Below are positions 1 to 10,462 of a stretch of 64,000 bases of DNA, piece by piece (within the stretch, counting starts at the first letter, position 1; each line of letters starts with the position of its first letter). The notes beneath the pieces were generated by a model. That model worked only from the letters and a program-made list of their open reading frames with translations, made no database searches and had not been told where the DNA came from. The stretch is from Staphylococcus phage PhiSepi-HH3: sequence record MT880872.1; one strand, 5' to 3'. A program made the position numbers and the translations under genes.

Positions 1-1
1 A

Positions 2-640
2 ATCGAATATCTAGAAAGTAGACCTTTTTCACCTGATCGTGCAAAACAGATTTCATATTTAAAAACAGAAATGCGAACTGCTTTAGAAACATTAAGAAAA
101 GTTATTCATATTCAACCAACCTCTTCTATTGATGAAACAATTCCTATGGATAGTTGGAATAGATTAAGTTTAAGAAACACTGATACATATATCGCTTTAT
201 TATTAGGTTACTATGACGCAACAAAGAAATACGACAATAAACCTTCAACTAGTTTTTGGGCTTTACTTAGAACATTTGAGCAAATATTAAATAACACTTT
301 ATGGACTAATGAAGAAAAAGTATTAATTGAGTTTATTCTTGAAACAGGTATCACTGATCAAAAACAAATCGCTTATGAGCTAGAAAAAGAAACAGGTAGT
401 ATCATATCTCAAAGTCAAATATCTAAATTAATCAATAAGCATATACCAAATAAATTACTTTATACATACGAAAAACAATTAGAAGACTGGATATGGACTT
501 ATCGTAGAAAAGGTTTATATAAAACATGTAAGCATTGTAATGAAGTTAAGCTTGCAGTAGACAATAGATATTTCAGTAAAGACACTAAAGGAATATATGG
601 TTTAAAAGCTAAATGTAAGGCATGCGAAAAGAAAAAATAA
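2..640 (+). CDS. phage regulatory protein, 5'-partial (helix-turn-helix plus C-terminal Cys4 zinc ribbon); the frame is open back to the window edge
   Basis: The frame of ORF 71..640 has no stop codon back to position 2. The helix-turn-helix-like segment is ITDQKQIAYELEKETGSIISQSQISKLINK. The C-terminus reads CKHCNEV...CKACEKKK. Confidence 0.45.
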   Translation: MEYLESRPFSPDRAKQISYLKTEMRTALETLRKVIHIQPTSSIDETIPMDSWNRLSLRNTDTYIALLLGYYDATKKYDNKPSTSFWALLRTFEQILNNTLWTNEEKVLIEFILETGITDQKQIAYELEKETGSIISQSQISKLINKHIPNKLLYTYEKQLEDWIWTYRRKGLYKTCKHCNEVKLAVDNRYFSKDTKGIYGLKAKCKACEKKK

Positions 641-899
641 TACATATTCGAGAAGTTTGGAATAAAAAATGACTTCTGTTGACAATACTTTATGAAGAGG
701 CATAAACAATCGTTGAGATTTAATTTATTTCCCTCTAAAGAAATAATATATAATAATAACAATTTAATAAAATTCGTGAAAGCTACCACTTGATTGGAGG
801 AGTAGCCTTTCACGTCTCATTCTTATGAGACTATTTAACATATCCAATCACAAAAATTAGGGAAGCCTTTAACAAGGCAAAAAAAGGAGAAAATATATT

Positions 900-1229
900 A
901 TGACAAAATTAGCTAAAAAAGATTTAATTAACGAATTACAAGAAAGTGCTCGTGTACGTGGTTTAGAAATCACTAAAAAAGACGCTGCAACATTATTCTC
1001 AGCATTTGAAGACACAGTAATTGAAGCAATTCACGCTGCTGATGAAGTTGGTTACGATAGCTTCTCAACAAACTTTGGTACATTCAAAATTGTTGAAGTT
1101 TCAGAAAAATCTGGTGTATCACGCTTAGGTGGAGAAGAAAAATTTTGGACATCACCAGCACACAAAACAGTTCGTTTTAAATTAAATAAATCAGTTAAAG
1201 ATAAATTAAAAGCAGAAACTTCTAAGTAA
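900..1229 (+). CDS. HU/IHF-family DNA-binding protein (phage-encoded; SPbeta yonN analogue)
   Basis: 109 aa. The HU-fold hallmarks are present: basic DNA-binding arm around KSGVSRLGGEEK...P..K and a helical N-terminal half. The AAAAAGGAG ribosome-binding site sits 8 nt upstream. Confidence 0.55.
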   Translation: MTKLAKKDLINELQESARVRGLEITKKDAATLFSAFEDTVIEAIHAADEVGYDSFSTNFGTFKIVEVSEKSGVSRLGGEEKFWTSPAHKTVRFKLNKSVKDKLKAETSK

Positions 1230-1254
1230 TATAATATAGGAGAGGAATTTCATC

Positions 1255-1440
1255 ATGGCACAAATTACTAATTCAATTTCATTTAAAAACGCAATTATCG
1301 ACCTAGAAAATAATCAAATCATCGAGCTTAACAAAGATACAGAGCAGCAATATTCATTATCAGAAGTATTTAGTCGTTTCCAAGACAAATATGTTTCATT
1401 AACTATCAAAGAGAATTCAGAATTAGGTTTTGAAGGATAA
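1255..1440 (+). CDS. hypothetical phage protein (61 aa)
   Basis: ORF with a GGAGAGGA ribosome-binding site. It is tightly spaced between the HU-like gene and the phosphoesterase gene. Confidence 0.35.
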   Translation: MAQITNSISFKNAIIDLENNQIIELNKDTEQQYSLSEVFSRFQDKYVSLTIKENSELGFEG

Positions 1441-1448
1441 TTCTCTCA

Positions 1449-2633
1449 ATGAGTTTAAATATTACTCGTGGTGATAATGAAACTTTAGCTCAGTATCACT
1501 TCAGACTTTATAAAAATAAAGAAGAGATGGGACTCAGCAATATTCAGATTGCTGACCTTCTCAATTCTGAATATGGTACAAATTACGATGAGTCTAAGTT
1601 CCGAAAAGAATATCAAGCTTACATAAACGTTTGGAAAGATATGATCGAAGAAAAGCACAAAACTTCATTACCAAATGGTATTGTTGAAGAACTTAGATAT
1701 GAACGAAATGAACTTAAAAAAGAAAAAATTCGCTTTAGTGATCAAAAACGTGAATTCAATAATATTCTTAGAAAGATGGCACGTTTAGAACACTTACAAG
1801 ATTACCTTAAAGAAACAGTTGAACAGTTAGAACCTGTAAGCTTGAACATTAAACCATCTCATACTGGTGTTAAAGAAGCTATGGTAGTCATCAGTGATAT
1901 GCACATAGGAATGCAAATTAACTCTCAATTTAACGTTTACAATAAAGACGTTGCTAAACAACGTTTAGAAAAACTTTGCAACAAAACATATGATAAGGTT
2001 CAAAAAGAGAATATTACAACATTACATATTGCGTCATTAGGCGATCAGATTAACGGTTTAATTCACTCAACGACTAGAATTAATAATGAAGAGAACGTAA
2101 TTGAACAAATTATTACAGTTAGTGAATATTTAAAACAGTTTGTTAAAGTTTTCCTAGATTTAGGTATTAAAGTTAAATTTTATAATGTGGTCGGTAATCA
2201 CAGCAGAGTGGTTGCGAATAAAAAAGACTCTATCGGTACTTCAGAGTCATTTGAGAGGTTAATCACAACAATTTTAGATACTTCTTTTGGAAAGTATTCT
2301 AATTATTACTCAGAAAGCGACACTGAAGGCTTTATAGTAATTAATATCTCTGGTAAGAATATAGTCTTAGCTCACGGTGACTTAGACAGAGGTGCTAACT
2401 CAATTACTAAGCTTTCACAATTATTAGGAATTCAAATACATTACATATTTACTGGACATGTACATCATCATTTTGTTAAAGAACATGGCTTAACTGTCCA
2501 GTATGGTGTTGGTTCTTTCTGCGGACTTGACCAATACGCTATTAGCGGTAGATTTTCTGGCCGCCCTTCTCAATTACTTGTAACATTTAATGAAGCAGAT
2601 ATTGAAGAAACTAATACAGTTTATTTAGACTAA
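1449..2633 (+). CDS. calcineurin-like metallophosphoesterase (Mre11/SbcD-type motif set)
   Basis: The motifs appear in order: ISDMH (D-x-H), LGDQING (GD), VGNHS (GNH), AHGD and TGHVHHH (GH-x-H). Confidence 0.6.
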   Translation: MSLNITRGDNETLAQYHFRLYKNKEEMGLSNIQIADLLNSEYGTNYDESKFRKEYQAYINVWKDMIEEKHKTSLPNGIVEELRYERNELKKEKIRFSDQKREFNNILRKMARLEHLQDYLKETVEQLEPVSLNIKPSHTGVKEAMVVISDMHIGMQINSQFNVYNKDVAKQRLEKLCNKTYDKVQKENITTLHIASLGDQINGLIHSTTRINNEENVIEQIITVSEYLKQFVKVFLDLGIKVKFYNVVGNHSRVVANKKDSIGTSESFERLITTILDTSFGKYSNYYSESDTEGFIVINISGKNIVLAHGDLDRGANSITKLSQLLGIQIHYIFTGHVHHHFVKEHGLTVQYGVGSFCGLDQYAISGRFSGRPSQLLVTFNEADIEETNTVYLD

Positions 2634-4206
2634 ATCAAACTGGTTCCTGAGTACAAAAAACCCTTTACCTAAGCACGATACGTCTGCTAGGAATTCTTAA
2701 AGGTGCTATTTGGTTACAGGTTTCGAATAGCCTTACTTTTTTTCTTAACGACAACTTTCTACACCCAGATGTAGAATTTTATTCTCGATATTTTATATCG
2801 ACTTTCAGTTAATAACTGAACTCATTCAACCATCTTGGTATGATGGTTTCTCAAAGGCTTTGCGAATGTGCCCGTTGAAACATATCGTATTAAAAGTTGC
2901 TGTTTCTAGAGCGGCAACCAGTCATTTGATAACTTTTGAAAGATTAGTTACTATCTCGATTTTGAAAAACAAAGAACAGATTACCAGTCTGGTCGAGATA
3001 TAGTTATAAAGTGTTGAACTTACTGGTTTGGTAAGCCTACTTCTTTTTAGGAGAAAGTTTAAGCGACTAATCTTTGCTTGAAAACTGTATCTAATATTAA
3101 TTAGGTATAGTTTTGAAGTATAGTTTCCTAACCAACGCCTCTTTTTAAAGCGAAACACGGTTAGGCTTTTTACTTTTAAAGGACTATACGTCCATCAAAC
3201 AATACACATAGCGATTAACTCGCAGCATTAAATTGCACTATGCTAAGCGTAATTCCTATTTCTTGATCGCATGCACTTGATTGTAGGTTGAAGGCATAGA
3301 ACCGAAATAACCTATATGGTTGTAAACTTTGTTTCTATTGAAATAATGTTGAGTTTTTATATGGTCACTTAATTGAAACCTAACTTTATTTATCTTGCTA
3401 ATAAATATTGAATTATGTTTCATTTATTTGACCGCTTCATCATAGGGTATATAGCTCCTTTAAGTCTATAAATCAAAATTAAGTGATGTAGTAATTGCTT
3501 AGTTCCCTGTACAAACTTAGTTGATGACTAAGGTCGCTTTTTGCGATATGTTTCAAGCTATGACGAAAAGACCTAATCAATCGTTTCCTCATAGATTGCA
3601 ATAATGATGTACACATTGATTGCAAAACCTTTATTGGTAGACGTATCAATAAAGTCACTTATTAAATGTTTCTATTTGGTAAGTGTAGGGCGTGGCAAAG
3701 CTGCCACCATAAATATAGCTCATTGATTGACTTTATTTAAATTATAGAGTTTTATGGTTCTCTTAAAAACCACTGTATATTCGAGTTTGTGATCCTCTCC
3801 AAAATCACACTGATGATCATCGTAAGAGTATTAAAATTAAGAAGTCCAGTATTTTAAAAAAACTTACTTTTTCGGACTGAAGTTGCTGGTTATAAGTCCA
3901 GTTTTTCTAATTAATAAAAGAACAATTTTATTATAAACGGTTTTCCTAATATGGTAGGCTCAGTTGGTTCGAAACCAAATAAACCGCCCTCTCTTATTTT
4001 ATTTAAAAGGGTGAGGTTACTCTTTTTCATAACTACTCTCTATAATTCCTCTTTTCTTTTTGATACTTTTTGACACACCTCCCTCACATATAAACACACT
4101 CACCCTTTTAATTGATTAATATTGTAATTAGAACCTAAACACAGCTTGGGTTTTAATTAGAGTGTTAATCACTCTCATTTTCCTTTCCATGATAAATTCC
4201 TTTCAG

Positions 4207-4237
4207 TTCCGACCTTCTCACAGGTCGGTTTTTTTGT
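4207..4237 (+). terminator. rho-independent terminator inside the ORF-poor segment
   Basis: The stem is ccgacc...ggtcgg (4209-4214 and 4224-4229). A T8 run follows. Confidence 0.6.
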
Positions 4238-4327
4238 TGGTTAGGTGAAGGTTTTTCCCTCTCCTAATCCTCTCCTTCCTTCACCTACCGAACAAAATTA
4301 AATTGACAACTAAAGATAGGTGAAATT

Positions 4328-5212
4328 ATGGCAATAAGAAAAAAAGCTGAAAAGAAATTAACTTGCATGTGCTGTAATAGAAACCTCACTCTTGATTTGA
4401 ACTATTATCCATTGAATGATAACAACCCAGCATTTCCAAACGGATATTATCCAATATGCAAAGATTGTTGTGCTGATATGTTAAAAGATGAGGAAAACGG
4501 TTATAAATCTTTCATTCAATTATTAAGAGTATTAGATTATCCGTTTAGATATGAAGCATTCGAACAGGTTAATTTTGATTATGTACGATACATGAATAAA
4601 GCTTCAATAAGACGTAACGCTTCTTTCATCGACTCAGACGCTCTAGTTAGTTCTAAAAGTGAAACATTAACTGAAGAGAATATCATGAAACTTACTCCAG
4701 ATGAGTTAAGACAATGTAAACTTTATTGGGGTGAAGGAGATTATACTGAAGATGATTATATTTACTTAATCAGTAGATATGAGAGTTACTGTAAGACATA
4801 TGATGTTGATAGTCCAACCTTTGAGAATATCATCACTCAAATATGTCAATTAGAGCTAGAAATTCGTAAGAAGCGTACTAAAGGTTCACAAAGCACTAAA
4901 GAAGAAACTAATTTAATTCTTAATTTAATGAAGAGTGCGGGTATCTCCCCTAACCAAGAAAAAGAAAGTAAGACTAATGATAAAGAAACTTTCGGTGTTT
5001 GGGTTAAACGTTGGGAGAATGATAAACCTGTACCCGAACCTTTAGAAGAGTTTAAAGACGTGGATGGAATTGAAAAATACGTTCAAAATAACTTCTTATC
5101 ACCTATGAGACGCTCACTTGATTTAGATGACAATTTCCATGACCAGTATCAAGAGCATATCGACAAATATGGTATCTCTACTGAAGAATTGTTAGGTGTT
5201 GAAGATGAGTAA
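4328..5212 (+). CDS. putative terminase small subunit / DNA-packaging zinc-ribbon protein
   Basis: It lies immediately upstream of the large terminase gene and overlaps it. The N-terminus carries CxxC...CxxCC cysteine pairs (CMCC...CKDCC). Confidence 0.4.
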   Translation: MAIRKKAEKKLTCMCCNRNLTLDLNYYPLNDNNPAFPNGYYPICKDCCADMLKDEENGYKSFIQLLRVLDYPFRYEAFEQVNFDYVRYMNKASIRRNASFIDSDALVSSKSETLTEENIMKLTPDELRQCKLYWGEGDYTEDDYIYLISRYESYCKTYDVDSPTFENIITQICQLELEIRKKRTKGSQSTKEETNLILNLMKSAGISPNQEKESKTNDKETFGVWVKRWENDKPVPEPLEEFKDVDGIEKYVQNNFLSPMRRSLDLDDNFHDQYQEHIDKYGISTEELLGVEDE

Positions 5213-7004
5213 GTTTGTTAACTCTAATAGTCCTTATAAAAATACTATTGATTTATTCAAACTAAGACGTAATAAACGTAATACTAAGTCTCGATCAGAG
5301 CAAACAATGGAAAACATTGCTGTTTGGATATCTTTTTATAGAGAGAACCCACATCGTTTTGTTCTAGACTTTATGAATATTAACCTACGTCCGTTCCAAT
5401 GTGTATTACTTTGGGCAATGATCCATCATCAATATTTCATGTTCTTAGCGTCAAGGGGACTTGGTAAGACTTTCTTATCTGCTGTATATTGTTTAACTCG
5501 TTGTATTTTATATCCGGGTACTAAGATAATTATTACAGCTCCTACCAAGTCTCAAGGTATCAATGTATTAGAAAAAATTGAAAACGAATTACTCTCCCCT
5601 CTTATTCACAGAGAAATTGAGTCTATAAATACTGGAAACCAGAAACCTATGATTGCTTTTCATAATGGTAGCTGGATAAGAGTAGTAGCTTCTAATGATA
5701 ATGCTCGTGGTCATCGTGCTAACCTATTATTAGTCGATGAGTTCGTTAAAGTTGATGAAGATTTAATAGATACAGTATTCAAGAAAATGTTAACCTCTCA
5801 ACGTGAACCAGCATTCTTACATAAGGCTAAATATAAAAATTACCCTCGTGAAGAAAATACTCAAATGTATTTATCATCTGCATGGATGAAATCACACTGG
5901 GCTTATGACTCAATGCGTTCGTTTACCAGACAAATGCTCAAGAAGAAAAGTGAAGATGACTTAAAGTCATTTGTTTGTCATATCCCCTACTATACAGGTG
6001 TTATGGAAAAACTTTATTCTCATAAACAAATGAAAGCCGAAGCTCAAGCAGAAGGTTTCAATAAGATGAAATTTGCTATGGAGATGGAAGCAGTTTGGTG
6101 GGGAGAAACTGAGTCAGCTTTCTTCAATTTTAATACGATTGACTTTAATAGAAAGCTTAGTCAAGCATTCTATCCTAAAGAAGTTTTAGTTCAAGCAGAT
6201 ATAAATAACCCAATCAAAGAGCCTAAAGAGAAACGTCTCTTAGCAGTCGATGTTGCCCGAATGGGTGGTAACTCAAATGACGCTTCTGTGTTCAGTTTGA
6301 TTAGATTATTACCTAAGGGAAAACAACAATATGAACGTCAACTTAACTACATGGAGGATATGGAAGGTATTGACTTCCAAACTCAAGCAATAAGAATTAG
6401 ACAATTATACGATGATTTTGATTGTGATTATATTGTACTTGACTTAAAAAATGTTGGTGCTGGTATCTTAGATAACTTGAGAATACCTTTAACCGATATT
6501 GATCGTGGTGTTGAATATGAGCCACTGAACGTTTCTAATGATGATGATTTAGCTTCTACTTGTAAATATCCAGAAGCACCAAGAGTTATTCACGTTATTA
6601 ACGCTACTAATGAACGTAACATGGAAATGGCTAACTTATTAGCCGATAACTTCATGCGAGGCAAATTTAGATTGTTAATTCGTGAAGAACAAGCTGAAGA
6701 GTTATTTAGACAAGATAAGAAACTTAAATACCTCAATCTCAACCCTTCTACTCAAGCTCTACTTAAATATCCATATCGACAAACTGAATTATTTATCAGT
6801 GAGGTCATGAACTTAGAGCAAGTAAACATGGATAATGGAGCATTTAAACTCGTTACTTCTGGCAGAGCACGTAAGGATAGATACTCTTCTGTTTCTTATG
6901 GAAATCAATTCGCTACTATTCTTGAAAGAGAATTAGCTCGTCACACAAGAAACATTGATTTCAAACGTTTTGGATCAGTCAGAAAACCTAAAAATATTAT
7001 ATAG
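5205..7004 (+). CDS. terminase large subunit
   Basis: The Walker A-like motif ASRGLGKTF and the LLLVDEF Walker B/DE motif are present. The size and its position before the portal gene fit. The start was moved to the ATG at 5205, which has an AGGTG ribosome-binding site; the track ORF starts at 5196. Confidence 0.7.
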   Translation: MSKFVNSNSPYKNTIDLFKLRRNKRNTKSRSEQTMENIAVWISFYRENPHRFVLDFMNINLRPFQCVLLWAMIHHQYFMFLASRGLGKTFLSAVYCLTRCILYPGTKIIITAPTKSQGINVLEKIENELLSPLIHREIESINTGNQKPMIAFHNGSWIRVVASNDNARGHRANLLLVDEFVKVDEDLIDTVFKKMLTSQREPAFLHKAKYKNYPREENTQMYLSSAWMKSHWAYDSMRSFTRQMLKKKSEDDLKSFVCHIPYYTGVMEKLYSHKQMKAEAQAEGFNKMKFAMEMEAVWWGETESAFFNFNTIDFNRKLSQAFYPKEVLVQADINNPIKEPKEKRLLAVDVARMGGNSNDASVFSLIRLLPKGKQQYERQLNYMEDMEGIDFQTQAIRIRQLYDDFDCDYIVLDLKNVGAGILDNLRIPLTDIDRGVEYEPLNVSNDDDLASTCKYPEAPRVIHVINATNERNMEMANLLADNFMRGKFRLLIREEQAEELFRQDKKLKYLNLNPSTQALLKYPYRQTELFISEVMNLEQVNMDNGAFKLVTSGRARKDRYSSVSYGNQFATILERELARHTRNIDFKRFGSVRKPKNII

Positions 7005-7021
7005 AAAGATGTGATAACACG

Positions 7022-8584
7022 TTGGAAGATAAAAAAGCTCCAGTAAATGAAGACTTTTTAAATTACATCAAAAACTATGCCGATGTAAGAAACATACCTC
7101 TTTCAAGACGTAAGATGGCCTCGTTGTTTCACACTTCTAAAACTGCAATTGATGATGTCTCACAAGAAAAACTAAATACTTGGTTACGAAAACCTGATAA
7201 GTTTTACGTGAATATTATCGAGCTTTCGAAAGACTTATATTACAAGTCTGGTGAATATCGTAGCTTACTTAATTACTTTATTGATATGGCTCGTTTCTAT
7301 TATGTGATTGATCCATTGTTTAGCAGCGATAGTAAGATGAGCAAGGAGAAAGTCAAAAAAGACCTCTCTAAAATATCTTTACAACTTAATAAAATGAATT
7401 TAAAACATGAGTTAGCTAAAATTTACAAAACATGTGTACTTGAAGATATTTTCTTTGGTTATGAAATCGAAGATAAAGACAATTACTTCATGTTAAAACT
7501 TGATCCAAAGTATTGTAAATTAGTTGGTATCTCTGACGGGATGTATACATATGCTTTCAACCTGTCCTATTTTGACGGTAATTTAGATTTATTAAAAACA
7601 TTCCCAGAAGAGTTTCAAAGAGCATATTTAGAACGCTCTATTGATAAGCAAGCTGACTTAAATTGGTTTATTCCAGACTTCACTAAATCAGTTGTTTTCA
7701 AAATTAATGAAGACGATCCTACTATTTTACCTCCATTTTCTACAATGTTTGAACCCCTATTAGATTTAAACGATTATAAAAAGCTTAAAAAAGCTGGAGC
7801 TAAAATTAATAACTACATGTTATTACATCAAAAAGTGCCAATGCATGATAATGCAAATAAAGATTATCAAGCTGATAACTTCGCAATCTCAGCTGAGGCA
7901 ATGGACTACTTCAGCGAGTTAGTTAACGAAAACTTACCAGATGAAATTGGTTCTATCGTTTCCCCTATGGAAGTTAACCCTATTAAATTAGATAGAGATG
8001 ATAAAACTGATAAGGTACTTGAAGCTACTAGAGATGTTTATAACGCTTCTGGTGTTTCTTCATTTATCTTTAACAATGATAAAAACTCTACTGGTGGTTT
8101 AACTTACTCAGTTCGTAAAGATGAGTTATTCGTAATTAATTTCTACCGACAAGTTGAGAGATGGTTAAATCGTAAAATCAGATATGGCAATATCGTAGCC
8201 AAAAATCAATGGAGAATTTCTCTATTAAATGTAACTGGAATGAGTGAAGATACTTACTTAGAGCAATTAACTAAGTCTGGTACATTCGGTTTCTCAGTTA
8301 GAGGACGTATTGCTGCATTACATGGTTTAGATTACCATACATTATCTCAAAGTTTAGAATTAGAAAACAATATCTTAGATTTAGATACTAATTTAATACC
8401 TCTTGCTAGTTCTCATACTGGTGGTTTAAATACTGCTGTTGAACAAACAAAAGGAAAAATAGAAGACTCTGGTGGCAGACCTACTAAAGAAACTAAAGAC
8501 TTGTCTGATAGCGGACAAGCAAATCGTGACTCTAGTAATTCTGAGACAAAATCTTTAGAAGGTGGTGACACTAATAATGAATAA
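7022..8584 (+). CDS. putative portal protein
   Basis: 520 aa. It is the gene directly after the terminase. Called by position and size only. Confidence 0.4.
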   Translation: MEDKKAPVNEDFLNYIKNYADVRNIPLSRRKMASLFHTSKTAIDDVSQEKLNTWLRKPDKFYVNIIELSKDLYYKSGEYRSLLNYFIDMARFYYVIDPLFSSDSKMSKEKVKKDLSKISLQLNKMNLKHELAKIYKTCVLEDIFFGYEIEDKDNYFMLKLDPKYCKLVGISDGMYTYAFNLSYFDGNLDLLKTFPEEFQRAYLERSIDKQADLNWFIPDFTKSVVFKINEDDPTILPPFSTMFEPLLDLNDYKKLKKAGAKINNYMLLHQKVPMHDNANKDYQADNFAISAEAMDYFSELVNENLPDEIGSIVSPMEVNPIKLDRDDKTDKVLEATRDVYNASGVSSFIFNNDKNSTGGLTYSVRKDELFVINFYRQVERWLNRKIRYGNIVAKNQWRISLLNVTGMSEDTYLEQLTKSGTFGFSVRGRIAALHGLDYHTLSQSLELENNILDLDTNLIPLASSHTGGLNTAVEQTKGKIEDSGGRPTKETKDLSDSGQANRDSSNSETKSLEGGDTNNE

Positions 8585-9956
8585 ATCAAGTAATTCTATT
8601 CCAATGTCTACTCAACTTTTAGAAGAATACACTTCAGAAGATGGTGATATTCGCTTCACGAAAGTTAAGTTATGGCTTATGCATACTGGCCTAAATTTAA
8701 ATGGTTCAGTCTTCAACAAAGACGTAGTAGAAAAAGCAATTCCTACTTTAGCTAACACACCTATTATGGCAAGTGTTTCTTATAACTTTGATGGAGAAAA
8801 AGACTTCGAAGGTCACGAAACTGATATAGAGATCACTGAAGACGGTGAAATAAAATTAATAAATTCGACTGTACCTTTTGGAGTTATCCCTGAAACAAAT
8901 AATGCAAAATTTGAAACTCGTCTTGGGGACGATATGGTTGAGCGTGAATATCTGACTTGTGAAGGTATTTTATGGAACAAGTGGGATGACGCTGTTGAAA
9001 TTTTGCAATCTAAAGGTGGAGTAACTGGACAATCTATGGAAATTTCACCTAATTATACTGGTTATTTTGATGGTGAAAACATGATATTTGAGACTTTCAG
9101 TTTCTATGGTGCTTGTCTATTAGGTGATGATGTTACACCAGCTATGAAGAACAGCACAGTAGAAATTAAGTATGCAGCTAAGACTGATGAATTAATTAAA
9201 GAAAAGCTACAAGTGTTTAACAATATTGTTTACGCTAATAAAGGAGGAAATGAAGTGCCTAAAAAAGACACAACTGTTTTTGACGAGCAAGAAACACATG
9301 TAAATGTTCAAGGAGACTCTACTACTGGGAAAAATGTAGAAGGAGAGCCTAAAGCAAATGCAAATGAAGCTTCTACTAAAGAAGAAAAATCTCTTGAAAC
9401 TGATGGACAAGAAGGACAAGAAAGAGAAGAAAAAGCTTCAGAAGAAACTATTATTGACTCTCCCCTAAGTGCTGAGGAGCAAGTTACAGTTCAAGTTGAA
9501 AATGTTGAAGATATTATCGACACTCACAAAGAGGTTAAAGAAGATATCGACAATTTGCCTGAAGCAGTAGACATGATTACTGTTGCTGGTGTTGAATATT
9601 CAGCTGAAGACATTGCTGCAAAACTTACTGAGTTAGCTTCTGTTAAATCTCAATTAGCAGAATATCAAAGCAAGTTTGAAGCATTACAAAAAGAAGTACA
9701 TGCTGAAAAAGTTGAAAAACTATTCTCTACTCATAAAGATAGCTTATCTATTGAGTCTATTGAGAAACTTAAAGCTCAAGCTGATGGCATTACATTGTCT
9801 GAACTTGAAACATTAATCTTTGCTGAGATTGGTAGACAAAATTATTCTGCTAAACCAAAAGCTGAGACTAAAGCTACAAACTTTTCACAAATTGCTATTC
9901 CAGTAAACAAAACTAGTAACAACTCTTTAGAAGATATCGTTGCTAGTTGGAAATAA
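8562..9956 (+). CDS. putative head morphogenesis / scaffolding protein (acidic, with a coiled-coil C-terminal half)
   Basis: It lies between the portal and capsid genes. It has an E/D-rich segment and a heptad-like C-terminus. Confidence 0.3.
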   Translation: MVTLIMNKSSNSIPMSTQLLEEYTSEDGDIRFTKVKLWLMHTGLNLNGSVFNKDVVEKAIPTLANTPIMASVSYNFDGEKDFEGHETDIEITEDGEIKLINSTVPFGVIPETNNAKFETRLGDDMVEREYLTCEGILWNKWDDAVEILQSKGGVTGQSMEISPNYTGYFDGENMIFETFSFYGACLLGDDVTPAMKNSTVEIKYAAKTDELIKEKLQVFNNIVYANKGGNEVPKKDTTVFDEQETHVNVQGDSTTGKNVEGEPKANANEASTKEEKSLETDGQEGQEREEKASEETIIDSPLSAEEQVTVQVENVEDIIDTHKEVKEDIDNLPEAVDMITVAGVEYSAEDIAAKLTELASVKSQLAEYQSKFEALQKEVHAEKVEKLFSTHKDSLSIESIEKLKAQADGITLSELETLIFAEIGRQNYSAKPKAETKATNFSQIAIPVNKTSNNSLEDIVASWK

Positions 9957-9983
9957 ATATAAAATCTTTGGAGGATCATATAA

Positions 9984-10424
9984 ATGGCAAAATTAAATTT
10001 AGACCGTGTAAAAGGTCACTACGTTGAAACAATTAAAGCTGACAAAGAATACGAAAACGGTTCTTTAGTTGGTAAAGGTTTATTAGAAGATGGAGAAATT
10101 CGTCTTTACAAAGCTGCTGAAGCTACTGCTGAAAACTGCTTCTTAGTTTCTACTCCGGAACTTGATTTAGCTGCTAAAGCAAACGGTCATGGTTCAATCG
10201 ACTTTGTTAACCCTAAAGGTTCAATCATGCGTGCTCATCAATTAGAAGTTGGAGATACATTTACAGTTGAACAAAAATTACATGGTACAGGTTTCGTTGC
10301 TGGTGAAGCTTTAACTGTTACTGATGGGAAATTCGCTAAAGGTGAAGGTGCATTCGTAGTTGAATATGTAACTACTATTGGTGCTGATCGCCGCCCTGCT
10401 TATTCAATTCGTAAAGTTAAGTAA
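9984..10424 (+). CDS. putative capsid decoration / minor head protein
   Basis: 146 aa. It uses highly-expressed-gene codons (cgt, gct, ggt, aac) and is followed by the capsid gene. Confidence 0.3.
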   Translation: MAKLNLDRVKGHYVETIKADKEYENGSLVGKGLLEDGEIRLYKAAEATAENCFLVSTPELDLAAKANGHGSIDFVNPKGSIMRAHQLEVGDTFTVEQKLHGTGFVAGEALTVTDGKFAKGEGAFVVEYVTTIGADRRPAYSIRKVK

Positions 10425-10462
10425 TAAATTATAATAACACAAATGTATGGAGGATAACTTAA

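Noticed and set aside
499-813. A 104-aa minus-strand ORF overlapping the end of the first gene
   Set aside because: It overlaps the 3' end of a supported + strand gene and the promoter region of the HU-like gene. There is no ribosome-binding site, and the residue composition is hydrophobic junk.
2922-3158. A 78-aa minus-strand ORF in the ORF-poor segment
   Set aside because: There is no ribosome-binding site, and it lies antisense to the general phage transcription direction. Its composition is basic and Leu/Ser-rich without motifs. It is kept only as part of the finding on the ORF-poor segment.
3948-3990. A tRNA-like motif (GCTCAGTTGG followed by TTCGAAACC, resembling D-loop and T-loop consensus)
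   Set aside because: Only a short hairpin with a TTCGAAA loop is present. There is no acceptor stem, no anticodon arm and no cloverleaf. It is probably a chance similarity or an extreme remnant, not a tRNA gene.
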